From assembly GCA_028023455.1 (NCBI GenBank), contig JAQFVV010000010.1, positions 17,174,001 to 17,238,000 of the forward strand: 64,000 bases of DNA, given 5' to 3'. Below, in pieces: positions 37,561 through 52,375 of the stretch; position 1 is the stretch's first letter; each line of letters begins with the position of its first letter. The notes under the pieces are model-generated. The model was not told the origin of the DNA. It worked only from the letters and a program-made list of their open reading frames with translations, and searched no databases. Position numbers and translations under genes: made by a program. The stretch comes from Epiperipatus broadwayi. Taxonomy: Eukaryota; Animalia; Onychophora.

Positions 37561-40500
37561 ACTATAATTAATGCCAAATAATTTATTTTTATTCCATATT
37601 ATAAATCTTTCATTTTATGTACTGCTTTCTTTTCTATAATTTCTTACATCACTCAGAGTAGGCTACTAAATGTAATGTTTATGTTATTTTTGCTCTCAAT
37701 GACTTCTTGTTTTAGATCTTTTTGTTTTTATTTGAGTATTTCTCCATATTTTTGTTTTTTTTTGTTTTGCAATATTCTCTTCTTCATCTTTCTATGTTAG
37801 CAATCAAAATTGCTATTAAGATATTTTATGTAAACTACTTCCCAGAAAATTAAACACAATCATAACCAATTCCCAGAAATTTTTTTTATTGTAAACAATC
37901 AATAAACTATATGTAAAGTGAATCAAAGTAATTATTAAAATTAATATTATATTAAAATAAAATAAAATTTGAATATAGCTATTTAATTTTTATTACAACT
38001 TAACTTATAGCAAGATTTACCCCTTACCCCACACCAATCATAATAATTAAATTTATTATTGCAAGATTTGACAATAATTTTAATAACAAAAAAGGCAAAA
38101 AAAAAAATTAACAATTTTAAAGATACATATTTTAATTCAATTGTAAAAAAGAGAAAATTTTAAAGATTAACAAAAATAAGCAGTGAAAAGTGTATTTTTT
38201 TTTCTATTCATTCTTCAAACTTGATGACTTGTTCTATGAAATGTTTGAAAACAATTCTATATCATATCAATAGAAAATAGAATGTTATGAAATATCTTAA
38301 TAGAAAAGGGAAAACTAAAACCGTATGTTATTAAATGGTAGTTTGATTATAAGATTGTGAAAATGTAATAATGAAATTAAATTGATGATAATTAAAATAC
38401 AGATCACAATAACTATAAGCTTGAATAAAAGTTATTTTTGATAAGTAAAAATGGAATTCTAAAAAAGATAGAAATATGAATGAGTATGAAAAGTAAAAAA
38501 AAATATTTGGGGAAGATTTAGAAATGTGAAAGTAAAGAATGTAAAGTCAAAAATATAGAAGTTTTAATAAGAATAAACATATAATCAGTTTTTTGAAAGT
38601 TTTGACTTTTAAAAACTGAACTGACAAAACATAATGGTTTATTTTATTGATTGAACTGAAATTCCCTTCCCAATATTTTTTACTTTTGCTTTCCTTACTT
38701 AAGAATAAATTCTGCATCTACAACTCTTAATTGCACATTTTTTTGAAAAATTAAAAAAACACAACAACTTAGGAAATCTTTTTTTTTTTTAAAAAAAAAA
38801 AGACAAATATTAAAAAGCATTAGTAAGAAATCTGTAGAAATTCCAATTAGTAAAAAGATTCTCTAGGAATTTTATTAAATCTAATTATGCCACTTTAGAT
38901 ATAAATTTAATAGTCATTAATTTTGCTATTATATAAATTCCTTTTCTCAAGTTGCTAAGCACAGTGACTTATCAATTGTGCTAAATCTATTGATGTTTTA
39001 CTTAATTACAGCTACTTTTGAGTTAATATTTTCTTAATTTTTATCTAAATAGAACTAAAAAACAATATTGATAATAATAATAAAAAAAGATCCAAATAAT
39101 TTCTTATGTGCAAAAATCAGACTGGAAAATTTATTTTTAGTCCACATGAATTAATATATATATTTGTAGTAATGTTTTAATATTTTGTTATTGGTAAAGA
39201 TTTAAATACAAATTCCGAACTTTTTTAATTTTAGCCTAGTCATTAAACTGTACAATAATTATGAATATTTTTGTAAAAATTAATAAATGACTTTTTCATA
39301 ATATAAGTTTTCAGGATTCTGAAGAAGGAATATTTTCTTAGTGACATCATTTTTTTCATAAAGGTGCAGCAAACTTTTTTGAAGATTTGATTATTTTTGT
39401 TTAAATATTATCTACAAAGTTTTATTTATATATGCTAAATGCAAATTAATTAATTATATTAATAAAATTGAAACAATGGCCTAGTACATACATACATATA
39501 AATATAAAAATTAATATTCTAATTAAACCCAAAGAATTAATCTTTCTTGAGGCTCAAGAAATCTATAGAAATTTCTTATGAAAGATACCATGCTATTTAT
39601 ATAGAAATGAGTGATTATTACATTATTACTATGGCAGTATAAAAAATTAATCAACTTCAGCACTTGTTCTCCATGTACAAGATATTGGCTACTACATAGA
39701 TTTCTCCTAAACCAAATTCTAATGCAACAATCATCCTCAAAGAATATTTAGATAGGCTATAGAGATTTTGAAAAGATCAAATTGTATTAATAAATAGAAC
39801 GAAATAACAAAACTACCATTTACATGGAAGTTTATTTACACAAATAAATAAAAGCCATCAACTAAATTAAAATTCAACCAATTGGTTCTCACAACATCAA
39901 GTTTGATTCGTATTAATCATTACGATTTTAACTAGACAAATAAAAAAAAAAAGCAGTCTAATTTGTTCTATTTCGTACTATAATTTTATATATTTTATTT
40001 CTTTCTACCATTTTTAATTGATTTTGTACAACTTTATATAACTATCCAACACTCACATGATAATATCTTTATCTGAAACATAGATAGTTATTATATAGGC
40101 AGTATTTAATATTCTACATAGTTGTTCTCAAAGATTTCCATTTCAATAGAGATACACATAAATAAGCAACTTTATGTATATGTTTACAAAAACAATAAAA
40201 ATCTTTCTTTAATTGGTGTAATAGTAAAAAAAGTTAAAATTTTATCCAAAGAATATAATTTCATAAATATTATGGCATTTACCAATATTTTCAAGTAAAT
40301 ATTTTCATTTTATTAATCTTTACTAAACATTCCTCTTATATGTATGAGCATGGATATATTTATAAATTAATAAACAAACATTCAATTATTTTTAAATATC
40401 TTTAACATTATTCATTTTGGTCTTATATGAGCATATATCCATATGTGTTAGTATTTATCTATATCTTTTATTTTTATCTATTATTAGAAAACGTGGAACA

Positions 40501-41097
40501 TTTAATATTTTCAGTAAACATATGAGCTGAGAGTTCTGTTAACTTTTAATTGTCTATTATTTGGAATGCCAATATTTTGTCAGTTTACAATAACATAGTT
40601 AATCGAAAGTGATGTGCTTTACTTTCTACCAAAAAAAAAAAAAAAAAACATAAATAAGAAATGTCTTGCAAAACATTAACTGACCAAGGCAACAAACTGT
40701 AAAACACTTATTATAGCAATGTAATTTTCATCAGCCATAGAAATAGGTAATGACAGATTCAATTAAATTTGGATATGGAAATTAGTTGCAAATATTATTA
40801 AGCAGTTCTAGTGTTTAAAAACATTGCTGTTTTGAAGGTTTAGGATCATCAAAGTTGAGTTATGCTATTATTGAAAATAGCATTACTACTAAATTCCTGA
40901 GATGAGATTTAACAGATTAGAAGCACAAGTTAATACCTTGTTGAGATAAACATTGAAATAGGTGTTACACTGTATTAAAATGCTGAAAAAGTCTAGAAAA
41001 AATTATCTAAAAAATAATAACATAAAAATTATATTAGGATACTAGTTGCAGCACCCGATATCCACAAATTCATTTTGATTCCAAGTTTTGCCATGTC

Positions 41098-41283
41098 GAT
41101 AATAATGAATATTATATAGTTTGTTTTATATATATGCCCACATTTAAGACCAATAAAAAATTAACAAAAAAATTTAAAAAGATAGATAATAATGAAAATT
41201 ATATAGTTTGTTTTATATATATGCACATATTATATATATATTAAGACCAATAAAAAATTAACAAAAAAATTTAAAAATAGATA
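41098..41283 (+). repeat. ~87-bp tandem duplication
   Basis: gataataatgaa..ttatatagtttgttttatatatatgc..ttaagaccaataaaaaattaac at 41098 and 41185. Confidence 0.85.
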
Positions 41284-41614
41284 AATTCTGAGGGAGAAAA
41301 TTAGAAAGCACTTGTATTTTATCATGTAAAAAAATTAATGGTTTTTCCTAACTTTGGCAGAATTGTCATCATCATTAACTGTACTCTGTAGTAGCAATAC
41401 AGTATAATTGGAAAATATTTAAACTTTTCACTTCCTTAGCAATAAACATGACTATCAAGTGATAAGATGATGAAATAACCATCAAATCATGATGTCAAAT
41501 GATTCATGAGTGTGAAATTTATAAATTCAAATTTTATAATTTTTTTTTTTTCAAATTATAGATAGTGAGAATATTAATATGTCCAACAAACAGAATTAAA
41601 AATAAAACATTATT

Positions 41615-41709
41615 TTTCCATATGTCATAGCATCGGCTGGGAGGCGAACCCACAACAACCATCTAAAACCAAGGCGGCTGCGTTGACCTCTTGGCTAACA
41701 ACGCTTGAT
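41615..41709 (-). mobile_element. Short (~95-bp) tRNA-derived SINE with 16-bp TSD
   Basis: A-box TAGCCAAGAGG and B-box GGTTCGCCTCC. The TSD AAAATAAAACATTATT lies at 41599-41614 and 41710-41725. Confidence 0.85.
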
Positions 41710-44580
41710 AAAATAAAACATTATTACACAATTTTTTCTTTAAAAACCGATATAGTATACTGTTTATAAAATAAAAAAATTACTATTTACCTATTTGTAT
41801 TTTTTATATTAAATAAAAGATGATAGCCAATATGTAAGCATAACAATCAATGACAGTTTATATATTTAATAAATGAAGTAAATTTACATTCTACATATAT
41901 ACTTTGACTCATATATATATATATATCAACATGATTTTTTTAAGTAAATATACCAGAGTAAAGTGAATTTGGAATTTATAATAAACTCAAAACAAAAAAA
42001 TGTACAGAAACTGCAAATTAATTTGGCTATTTTTTCTTCAGATAAAGTATCAGCACTTTTGCAGACTTAATATGGCAAATCAAATGTAAATTTACACCTC
42101 ATATACCATATTATATCAACTAAATATATTATTTTAAATTGTTGTTTGTAAAAGCAGAACTCAACACCGTATTATAATTCAATTAATTTTACTAGATATT
42201 TCTTATTAGGAATTTAAAATTAAAAAACAGATATTTTGTTTCATTAAATCCCTATACCAGAGAACATATAGAATCTAAAGTGAAATAATGTATTAAAGTA
42301 AACTATTATAGATGTTCCATGTAAAATATTAAATATGAAGTTTTAAATTATCAGGTTACAAAAACATTATAGTAGGCTTTTCGACACTATATTATCAGTT
42401 CAATTCTGTCACAAATAAAAATGAGGGCATTATCAAACAAAAAAGCAAATGAATGAACATTTCATAATCTGAGGAAAAAAAATCAAAATTAGTAACTTTT
42501 ATGAATAAAATGAATAACAAAAGTCTTAAGGCAAAGCACAATAAATATTATTTCAAATGAAAATATATTTCCCAAAACTTTATAAATTATAAATGAAACC
42601 CAAGACTAGATATTGTTTGTTTTGATTTACATAAGATACAACTGTATTGCAAATGTTTTAAAAAAAGAAAAAAGTTGATGAATCATTTAAGTTAATGAAC
42701 AAATATATGATATAAAGAGCAACAAGAATGAGTTTTCACACACATTATATATATATAATTTTAAAACAAATCAAGTTACGAGCATTAATAATCTTATAAC
42801 TTGAGATTTAATATATCCAATGGGGATATAATTTGGATATATAAAATTATGGTTCCACTTTTAAAATGTTAAAATCAATGCAGGATTAAAAATAAATGTC
42901 ATAGACATGACAAAGAATTTCTTTCTCTTTTCAAAGCTAATACATCTAAACTTTAAACTCATTCAAATAACCACAAAAACTGAACTGCTAAATACAGTTA
43001 GATACCATGCCTTACATGCAGAACTACTACTAAGATGTATAATCTACCACAAACAAAAAAAATGAAAATGATATCTATAATAAATAACTCGTGGAAAATG
43101 AAGACCTGCAAAGTTGCCAATTATAATCCAAGTAATATCAATAAATAAAAATGAAAATGTTTTTAAGGGACTAAGAAATATAGAAATGATACAATTTTAA
43201 ATGAAATCTCTTTACAGTCCAGGTGTAAATTGTTGGTTGACCAGCACTGGTGCCTGAATCATTATTTCATTTAGCGCTACTTCAAATAGTAATAAAATAT
43301 ATATTTTCAATCATTACAAATTTATTATTTCCGAGACCATAATTTTTATCCTTTAAATTTATTGTATTTTAAATTTTCTTAATGGAAATACATATTTTAT
43401 GAAATATTGTATATCTTTTCTTGGTTTTTGATATTATATAACTCAGTGGGAGGTAGTTACTTTCACTTTTCAATTACTGATTATTACATATTTATATTAT
43501 TGACGGTATTCTAAGTTTTAATATATCATAGCTATGAAATATAAGAATACATATTAAAGAAAGTGAAGGGAAAGCACGAAACCATGGTCAGGGGTTTGGG
43601 GAGGGGTTCCTGACAGAGATATTTTAAATGCTGGCTCTGGCTAAGCATTTATCACAAAGCTTGTAGAGAAATTGGCAATCCTCATTGTTTATAACTTACA
43701 AGCTTAAGAGATAGGGTCATGTGATCTATGACTCTTACTTTGACAATGAATAAATGTATTAGGGATTAATAATAATTATAATGAGTTCTTTAATGCCTAT
43801 ACTTTTATTCTTTAATACCATCCTCCCCCTTTTTATCACCTTTTTATCTTGTTTATATTGTTAAAATTGTACATCTTTACATGTATTAAATATTTTTTCT
43901 TAAATCAATGAAAACAAAAATAAAAATATTTTTTTAAAAATATTTTAAATTAATAAAATTTTAATATTGACTACTACCACTTTCTATATTAATAATTAAA
44001 TTATAGAAGATATTTTATAGTATTAAAAAAAAAATCTATTTTCTTATCAAATAATGGCAAATTTAAAAAACCATTTACTAGGTATTTGTCTCAATTAAAA
44101 AGACAAACATCAAATAAACTATTTCTTAGATTTGATCTTTAACAAAAAGTCAGAGTTTAAATGAGCCAGTTTTTATAATGAGTTAGCTAATCAGTATTTT
44201 AGATGCTGATATATCACAAATTACCACAGTGATATTAAAAATTGAAAATCTAGTTAATAAAATTTGCTTTCTCTATGTAGTATACTTTTTTTTTTCAATT
44301 ATTTAAAAAAAATAAAAAAGACAAAATTTACACCTTTAGTAAATAGTTATTTTTATTATAACTATTGCCTATATGCAAGGATTTCTATGTAATAGTTGTA
44401 ATTCTACTAAACTCTGAATGCCAATATATACATATATAGACAAACTTTTTGATTGGCGATTAATAAAGATCATATGTAAAAGTTGGATTTTTCCTGTTTT
44501 TAAAATAAAATATATTATTCAATACAACACAAATTTTTCAAATTATAAAAACAGAAACTTATTACAAGAAATATATGTAT

Positions 44581-44966
44581 ATACTCTTATTCTTCTCCTT
44601 TCTTTCTTTGCATTTCTTCATATACTCATATATTTTTTACTTATAATAAATTCTTTCATATACACTTTAAGGTAAAAAAAATTTTTAATAAAACTTCTTT
44701 ATTAAAATTTTTTTTTGTGCATTAAAGTGTATATGAAAGAAGTTATTATAAGCAAAATATATATGAAATATGTATTTATAAATAAGCATTTATTTTTATA
44801 GCGTCTGTATACAATTGTAATTACATTCGAATATCGGCCTTTCAAGCCAATTGTTTTATTCCTGCATAAATTCTATATCTTGTATTGGTCAGAGGGTATT
44901 CATTTATTATTTAACACTCGCAAAGCGTTTGCATAATTGGCTTGAAAGGCCGATAGATATTCGAAT
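44581..44966. mobile_element. Composite insertion of two different palindromic elements between 13-bp direct repeats
   Basis: 44581-44764 is a hairpin sharing termini with 60772-61122. 44783-44966 is an internally deleted relative of 28225-28571. GAAATATATGTAT occurs at 44568-44580 and 44967-44979, with a shortened GAAATATGTAT at 44765-44775. Confidence 0.75.
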
Positions 44967-45779
44967 GAAATATATGTATTATGGATTGTAATCTTTGTTT
45001 AAATTAGCAAATTATTTCTTTATCTATTAATAATAAGTTTAACAACTTCCAGAAATATTCTCTGCATTTAAGCATAGATCTTAAGTTGAAAAATTAATAT
45101 TCTACTAAATATATAAAATGCATGTATGTATGTATAATAAAATTTCTATTTGAAGTATATAAATAATGAATAAAAAATGAGATAAAAAACTGGCTAACAT
45201 TTAAACAATCATAGTAATTTAATAAAAAATAGAAAACTACTCAAATTCTCAATCACTACTTGGCAATTATCAAGCTTCTCCAGTATTGTTTTCTCCTTTA
45301 CTACTCTACCAAAAGGGGCTAATAGAAAGATCTTTGCCCTGCAACAGATGGCTTGAAGGTTGCTTTACTTTTTAACTATATAAACACACACATATATAAA
45401 ATAGACTTACATAGGAATACAAGAAGAAATAAAATATGAATTAGTTTAAACATTTTGCTATTTTAAGGTAAACTTTAATAGAATTATAGTTTTCACATAC
45501 ATCATTAGAACAATAATAGAAGATAAAAAATATCCGTTCTTAGTTAAAAAATAATGTTCCAGCTCCTTGTTCACAAAGCTATAGTTAAATTTAGATTTCT
45601 TCCAGGGAACATCATTATTTGCAATAAATGTTTCACAATAAGTGAAATAAATATGAGATAGAATTACCAAACATATAATGATTTAACTTTAATTGAATTT
45701 TTTTCTCTTAATAAATACATTTTGTGTAATTGTTTGCCTATATTAAATAAAGCAACAGAGCTACCATGTCAAAAAAAGC

Positions 45780-48700
45780 ACATAGTATTTGTAATATGAT
45801 TTACACAAATGTTGCTAAAGACCCCATTGAATCAAGAAGTAATAATATAGATGCAAACCTGCATGAGAATATGAACCAAACCTTTGCCAAAATTTCACAA
45901 AACTATTATGAAAGATATTGAAAGTCTTGAACTTTTTGCAGACACTATTTCGGAAATAATGTAAGCCCTTCTATATTTCTGATACTCACTCAATGGTACT
46001 TATGGGACTTTTTAATTCTTTCAAATGGTTTTTCACAGATAATCTCTTATATTAGTGATCACAGACACTCTATGCTACCTATATAAATTCCCAAAGAATT
46101 ATTATAAGAAGCACTGAGCACAATTAAAATGTGGGATAACGTTTTACAACTAGCTAACCACCCTAATTTCCAATACATTGTTTTAGAATTTTACAATATG
46201 GAACAAAAAAAAACAGATTCAAAAGGCTATTCAATACTCTTGGAAACCATGTGCTTATTAAAGTAAATCAGCCTAGGAAAAATATTATCACAGGAATACT
46301 TAAAAAAGCAAATCTAAACTATTAAAAAAATGACTTAGAAATTTAATGTAATCTTTCAGTAATATTTCAAGTTTACAGACAATTTATCTTAAAGATACAT
46401 TAATACTAGTTTTTGAAAATAGCTATGAATTTAGAGTATGGCTATATAACATCGATCCATGTATCATGTTTCCAATGTGGCATTCACAGATCACTTATCT
46501 ATAAACTGTCTCAATGTGAAATGTAATGATTGTAACATGATTAATACACCAAGACACCAATGCCCTCTAAGTAAACTGGAAATTGATACAGATATTATTG
46601 CCATAACCTCAGAAAATGAAAATATTCCAGAAATAATCAAAGGTCAACCAACAGTGATAAATGACTACTTAACATCATATATGCCAAAACTATTAACGAT
46701 TACAAATAGTAAACCGACTAAAAGTGGGTCATCCACCCAGTGAGAAACTGAGAAGAAGATTGCAATGAAGAAACTAATGAAAATGAGAATACTTCTTCAA
46801 AAATAGGAAACCCAAATAATAGTATTTTGACGATAGATGATGAATTTGTACATGTCTGAAAATGACATAATAGACTTGAAAATAGTAAGTACATACAATA
46901 AAAACAGCTATCATTTAATAGTACTGGTTATACCTGTACTAGTAATATAGCACACTGATACATTTTAAAAAATAGATAAATAAAAATTACTTAGATTTTC
47001 CACTGAAAGTTAAAGATATAAATTAAATAGACATGCATGATAAAACTTTAAATAAGTATGCTCAATATTAGAGGATTAAGATTCGATCCCTAAAAATTCC
47101 AAGTAGTAAAATAGCTAGACATTGTGCAACCATATGTATGTGGTTTAGTGGAAACAAAAATATATAATGTATCTCAGATTAGATAGATCTTTCTGTTTAT
47201 TTTAACAGTGGGCTATTCGGCTTTTTCTAGGATGGCATCAAACCCTTTCAGGAGGGGCAGGGGTGATTATTATGAGGTCATGTCCATTTAATTCATTTGT
47301 AATATTGTACATAGATGATCATTTGTAATACTTATTATTCATCATAAGACTATAAGCTTAAATATAGTGTAGATATATATTTATCCAAACCATAAACAAT
47401 GAATAGAATCATTCAAATAATAATTTCATTATTTGCATCATTTTCACTGCCTATTTTGCTGATGGGACATTTCAATATGTCGTACACTACAATTCGGTTC
47501 AAATGGTTAAATCTCATTAATATTCCACTAATGAATGGTGAAGGGTATCTACCAAATAATGCAATATCATTTAACAATGGCAGATATTCATTATTGATTG
47601 ACTTCATTTTTTTATTCATCTTTACTACATCACTCACTTAAAATCTAACTAGTCTCTGCTCCATTTTCAGACTATTCTGCAATAATGATAATGATGCTAT
47701 TGTGTACAAGAACTATAGAATTTTTATATTCAGAAATTTATATTCTACTTGTCAAGCTGAAAGATAAACTACTTAACCCTGCACAAAAATGGATATCATT
47801 TACACAAATGATTTCATGCACTATGAACTGTTACTAAATCTATTATGTCTCCTTTAAGACTTTTAGTCCTTAATGATGAATTGCACAGAAGAATTACGAA
47901 GTATGTACCCATGTCAGACAACAGACAATTTATATTAAAATTTAAAAAACTCATAAATCAATATGTCATTTAGTAAAGAAATATATGGCACATACAAAAA
48001 GAAAATTCTCATACAACCACACACTTGGTTGAGACAATATGCACTAGGTCAATCTCATACATCTAGGGTCCCTACTGCTTTACTAATTGACAACATAGTT
48101 GTGACTGGTGATAATATGCTAACTTCAATCTATACACATTTCAAAGGTAAATTACAGAAAGAAACATTTTCAAATCGTTTCACAATTACTTTGGAACAAC
48201 AGACAAACAAGCATTGTTCAAACCACAGGATTTTTTATAAAATTTAGAAACATGTCTGAATCTTCCTATTCAGTCATATCAAAGTTTGTATTTAAACATC
48301 TAAGTCAATTCATCTCAAAATATCTTGAAGACATGCCTAATTTCCTATCAATAGAAATTTATGAAGAATAAGTAATACAATTAGGAACAGATTGGATGTC
48401 TTTGAGATGTGGACATGGAAAAGAATGGAAAAAATCAGTTGGATGAATAAAATAACTAATGAAGTTTTGAAAAGAGTAAATGAAAAAAAAGATTGATTGA
48501 GGAAATTAGAAAAAGAGAAACTGGATTGGATATATATTAAGAAGAAATTACAATTTAATGAAAGATGTTATGGTGAGAATAGTGAAAGGAAGCAAGAAGA
48601 AAGGATGAAAAAGATTGACATTGTTGGATGATATAAGAGATGGGAAGGATTACATGAAATTGAAGAGTTGGGCAATGAGGAGAATGGAGTAGAAAAATGA

Positions 48701-50640
48701 ATAAATGAATAATGTAGCCACTCTCTGGTCCTGTCCATGGGATAAAATACTATTGATGACCCAACAGCAAGCAAATGTCCTAGTCATAAATATATATATA
48801 TATATAGTACCATCCATAATGCAAAATATAAGATCAATATCTAGGAGTCCAATAGGGATAAAATTACTTGAAAAGCTATTAAAAACAAGATGGAGATACA
48901 TCTATTATCACTGTCGTCACAGGGATAATTTGCTATAAAAGGATCATCAATAACAAGGAGTATTATTATTCAAGATAGTCACTGATACAGTGCAAAATAC
49001 AAAGAAATATCACCCAATGGTAGTACAAGCTTGACATTAGCTTTTGACTCCACACTAAATGATATTCTCATAAAAAATACCAACATATTTAATTCTATTT
49101 TATATGTGCTTCCAAATTTATTTATAAACAAGAAAATATATATTACTTTAAATGGTACAATGCCTTCCTCATTTAATCCAAGTCATCAACACCCCAATGA
49201 CCACTGTTTAATGCTCTATTCTCTGTAACTTATATAAACCAAGAAAAACATCATCCAGGCAACTATATCCCAAAATGGATCTTGCATAATCTGTACAGCA
49301 TACATATACAATACTGCAATCTTCCTTCCAACAAAAAAAGAAATTCTGATATTAGTAAAAATCTCATAAACTTGAATTTAATTTTGACTAATTATAAACA
49401 TATTTCTTGCCATACCATTTACCTATTTAAGTTTTCTTTTCTATCTGAGCAATATGCTACATGAAAGTAAATATAAAATAAATTGTAGCAATCAACAGAA
49501 AACTTAATATCATTGCTTTCAAAGATATATCGCTCACTCTATTCTAAAGCAGCTCTTATCAACAAGCTTATCATCACAAAGATAACATACTACTTACCTG
49601 TCATAATCTTTACAAAATCATTCATCGCAAATGTTTATTCATTGTGATGAAAGCTTTTGTGGGGAAAGAAAACAGTTGCAATTTCACTCAGAAATTTAGT
49701 TTCATAGTATTCAAAATGGATTAAGACTACACTCAATTTACGTATATGGATCCAAAAAACTATTAAGCTTAAGTCAGTCATGATAAGATTATTTCCATAT
49801 CTAGAGGCAATACAGTAACACCAACAGATAAGCCTCCCCATACACAAAACATCTTCAAACAATTCTAATACCAATTAACCTAATGACAAATATTAAAAGA
49901 TAAGATTTCCACTAGAGAAATGACAATATTGGAAAATTCATGCTATCCAAACATATATGAAGGGGTTGACTCTCCAATGATTGGCATTATTAATTGGCAA
50001 CTGATAGGAAGATTTAAGTACTGGATTCTTTGAGCCCAAATATTTCTATTTTATGCTCAAAATAAATATGTGGTCTTTACCTACATTATATTTTTTGAGG
50101 TATAAGAGAAATCTTGTCAACACAGAAACTAATGTCAATTATGTCTCAATGAAAAAAAAAACAAGACTTTTTTTTTTAAGTGGGAAAAATAATAATACAA
50201 TTCAATCGATAATTAATTTTTTCCCCAAAAGCTTACTTTGCAGAAATAAGGATCACATTCATACTTTATGCTCTGTATCCACAAGATGTTTATTTCTTTA
50301 TAACAATAATACAAGACAGCTCCACACATTTAAAAACAAACTAGACACAATTAAACAGACAAAGAAAATTACTCCTCCAGATATATTTAGAGCTACATGG
50401 TCGCTTGTTCATCAATGCTCTAACCTATAGTGAGATGTTCTAATTATAATTTCTCGATATGTTTTGTCAGATATATTGATTGCAATATTGTATGCTGAAC
50501 AATATGTAATTTTTTTTTTGCCTAATTGTAACAAAATTGTAAATGTATAAATTTGTTTATACTGTATTGTGTTTTTTTATTCCTACTGAATATATTGTTT
50601 TTATTAATAAAATTCCTTTAGAAATTAAAAATAATAATAA
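45780..50640 (+). mobile_element. Decayed APE-RT non-LTR retrotransposon (I/R1/Jockey-group-like)
   Basis: ORF1 zinc knuckles CFQCG..DHLSINC and CNDC...HQC at 46467-46563. APE motifs ILLMGHFN (~47455) and SLLIDFIF. RT motifs SGPVHGI (APGPDGI-like), IRSISRSPIGIKLLEKLL, LAFDSTLNDILIK and QYAT* (YADD, ~49450). C-terminal C..DHI..LC (~50240). AATAAA and a (TAA)n tail at ~50627-50640. The 5' boundary is approximate. Confidence 0.85.
48380..48710 (+). mobile_element. 5'-truncated RTE-clade LINE 3' end nested in the larger LINE
   Basis: RLDVFEMWTWKRMEKISWMNKITNE..RNWIGYILRR..KRLTLLDDI..YMKLKSWA matches the RTE C-terminal signature (FEMWxWRRMLxISW, WxGHILR). A GAATAAAT-repeat tail follows. Confidence 0.85.
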
Positions 50641-51519
50641 TTTTCTAGTTTTCTAGTTATAGCTGGAATTTGAAGTTTACAAGGCAGCAAATTATCTTTT
50701 CCTTCATCACAAAAAACAAATTATAATTATTGTTTTTATTTTTATTTAAAAAAAAAAAAAAAGATTGGTGGGGGGAGAGATTATTAGTAAGCACCCTGGG
50801 ATTTTTTCTTATCTGAAGGAACCACCGAAACCGCTAAACAATAAATGGAAGAAGTAATGGTTCTCCAGCTTTTTTCACTAAACAGTGCAAACAAATACGA
50901 GATAACCTTTTTTTCTTTCTCTAATAGTTATTGGAATAGTAATAAATTGTTTATTTTTTAAAGTTTTCATTCAATAATACGAGAATTAAATACATTTTGT
51001 TTTTAGTTTTGCGATTCTTTAAATGCTGACAAATTATTTTATTTTTGTCAGTTTCTTCATTAAAATAATAATAACGTAAATAAGAAAAAAATCGTGACTT
51101 TTTGATTTATAAGCTGAGATGAGGGGAAAATGAACTTTTGTCCAAATACTTGATCTCATGACTTATTTTTTTTAATTCCAGTTTCTTTATTAAATCATAA
51201 GAATAATAAGTGCAGAATTTCTTAATCTTTCGATTGATTATTTTGTCAATGGCATTTTTTTTTTTTTTGCACTTTTCCATTAACAGTAAATACGATTAAT
51301 AGAAGAATTGTGACTTCATGACTTGTAAACGGGGGGGGGGGGAGCAGTGGCATAAAAAGTTTGCCGCAAACGCTAGACTTTATAAGCGGTGAATGGGAAG
51401 TAACATCCACTTGGGTATTTTCAATAAGCAGCTGAAAAAATTTTATGAATGTGTAGTTACCAGTAAGAGGCCATGTTATTAGATTTTCTGTATCAGTATA
51501 ATTGTCTCAATGAGATGTT

Positions 51520-52375
51520 ATCATGAAAAACCTTGTGATAAAGGTGATTCACCTATGCTGCAAAAAAAAAAAAAAAAGCGAAGACTAAGGGAAAATAGGT
51601 AACAATTCTGCACTGTTGAGATTGCCAAACCAGCTGTTTGATCTGAAACAATAGCTTTTTTCTGCTGCACAGATGTCAGAGGACAAATGAACAGCATATT
51701 GAACTCTGCAAATTTTGGAGCTTTGTGATGGACCTTTCCATGAACAGTCACCATGCTGAGTGCAGATTTTCCTAAACAATGTTGGATTCAACTTTTGCAG
51801 GCTCTTGCTTAACTTCCACTGAAGTCAGAGGGCAAGTGATGTGAACACACAAAGAATATATCCAATCAGACAAAGTCAGGTTCATTGATCATCCACAAGT
51901 AAATATACCACAATGCTGCAAGATGACCATTAGTCACATTGCAAGATGCCACTACCCATGCTGTGATTTGAAAAAACCCATGAGCTTCAAGAAAACAGGT
52001 TCCGGATGTTCAGGATAAAAAGAGAATCAGATTGCTTTTACTTCTATGTGCCATGCCAGGGCGGGTTGACTGACATTCTTAACACAGAGATATGCGCCTA
52101 GCTCAATCATCTATTCTGATGAATGTCTATTCTATACCTAATCCAAAGGATTCCAACATTCCACTGACAACAATCAGCTGTAATATATGGATCCAGTGAG
52201 GGCAGTTAACTCCGAGGCGATCAAACATTCTTAGGCAGAAGCTAAAGTAACATCACCAGAGCTATAGTCCGGTATGGATTTTATCTGCTGGAGAATATGG
52301 CAGCAAAATAACAGCAGCATTCCAGACTTCTTTATAGCCTTCCTTCAGGACATGGCAGTGAAAAAGTTTGCTTCC
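51520..52375 (+). pseudogene. Merlin (IS1016/IS1595-like) DDE transposase remnant
   Basis: SIIYSDE (52103-52123)..GFQHSTDN..YMDPV..AEAK..W..FFIAFLQDMA resembles the Merlin/ISXO2 motif IYSDEW..GxxHxTVNH..FVDP..W..K. TIRs not located. Confidence 0.7.

Noticed and set aside
38200-38640. LINE RT thumb fragment (KYLG-like)
   Set aside because: Only one short motif, with no sustained frame.
41040-41070. Helentron-like start tACTAGttgcagcacccg
   Set aside because: Single short motif, with no subterminal inverted partner or 3' hairpin found.
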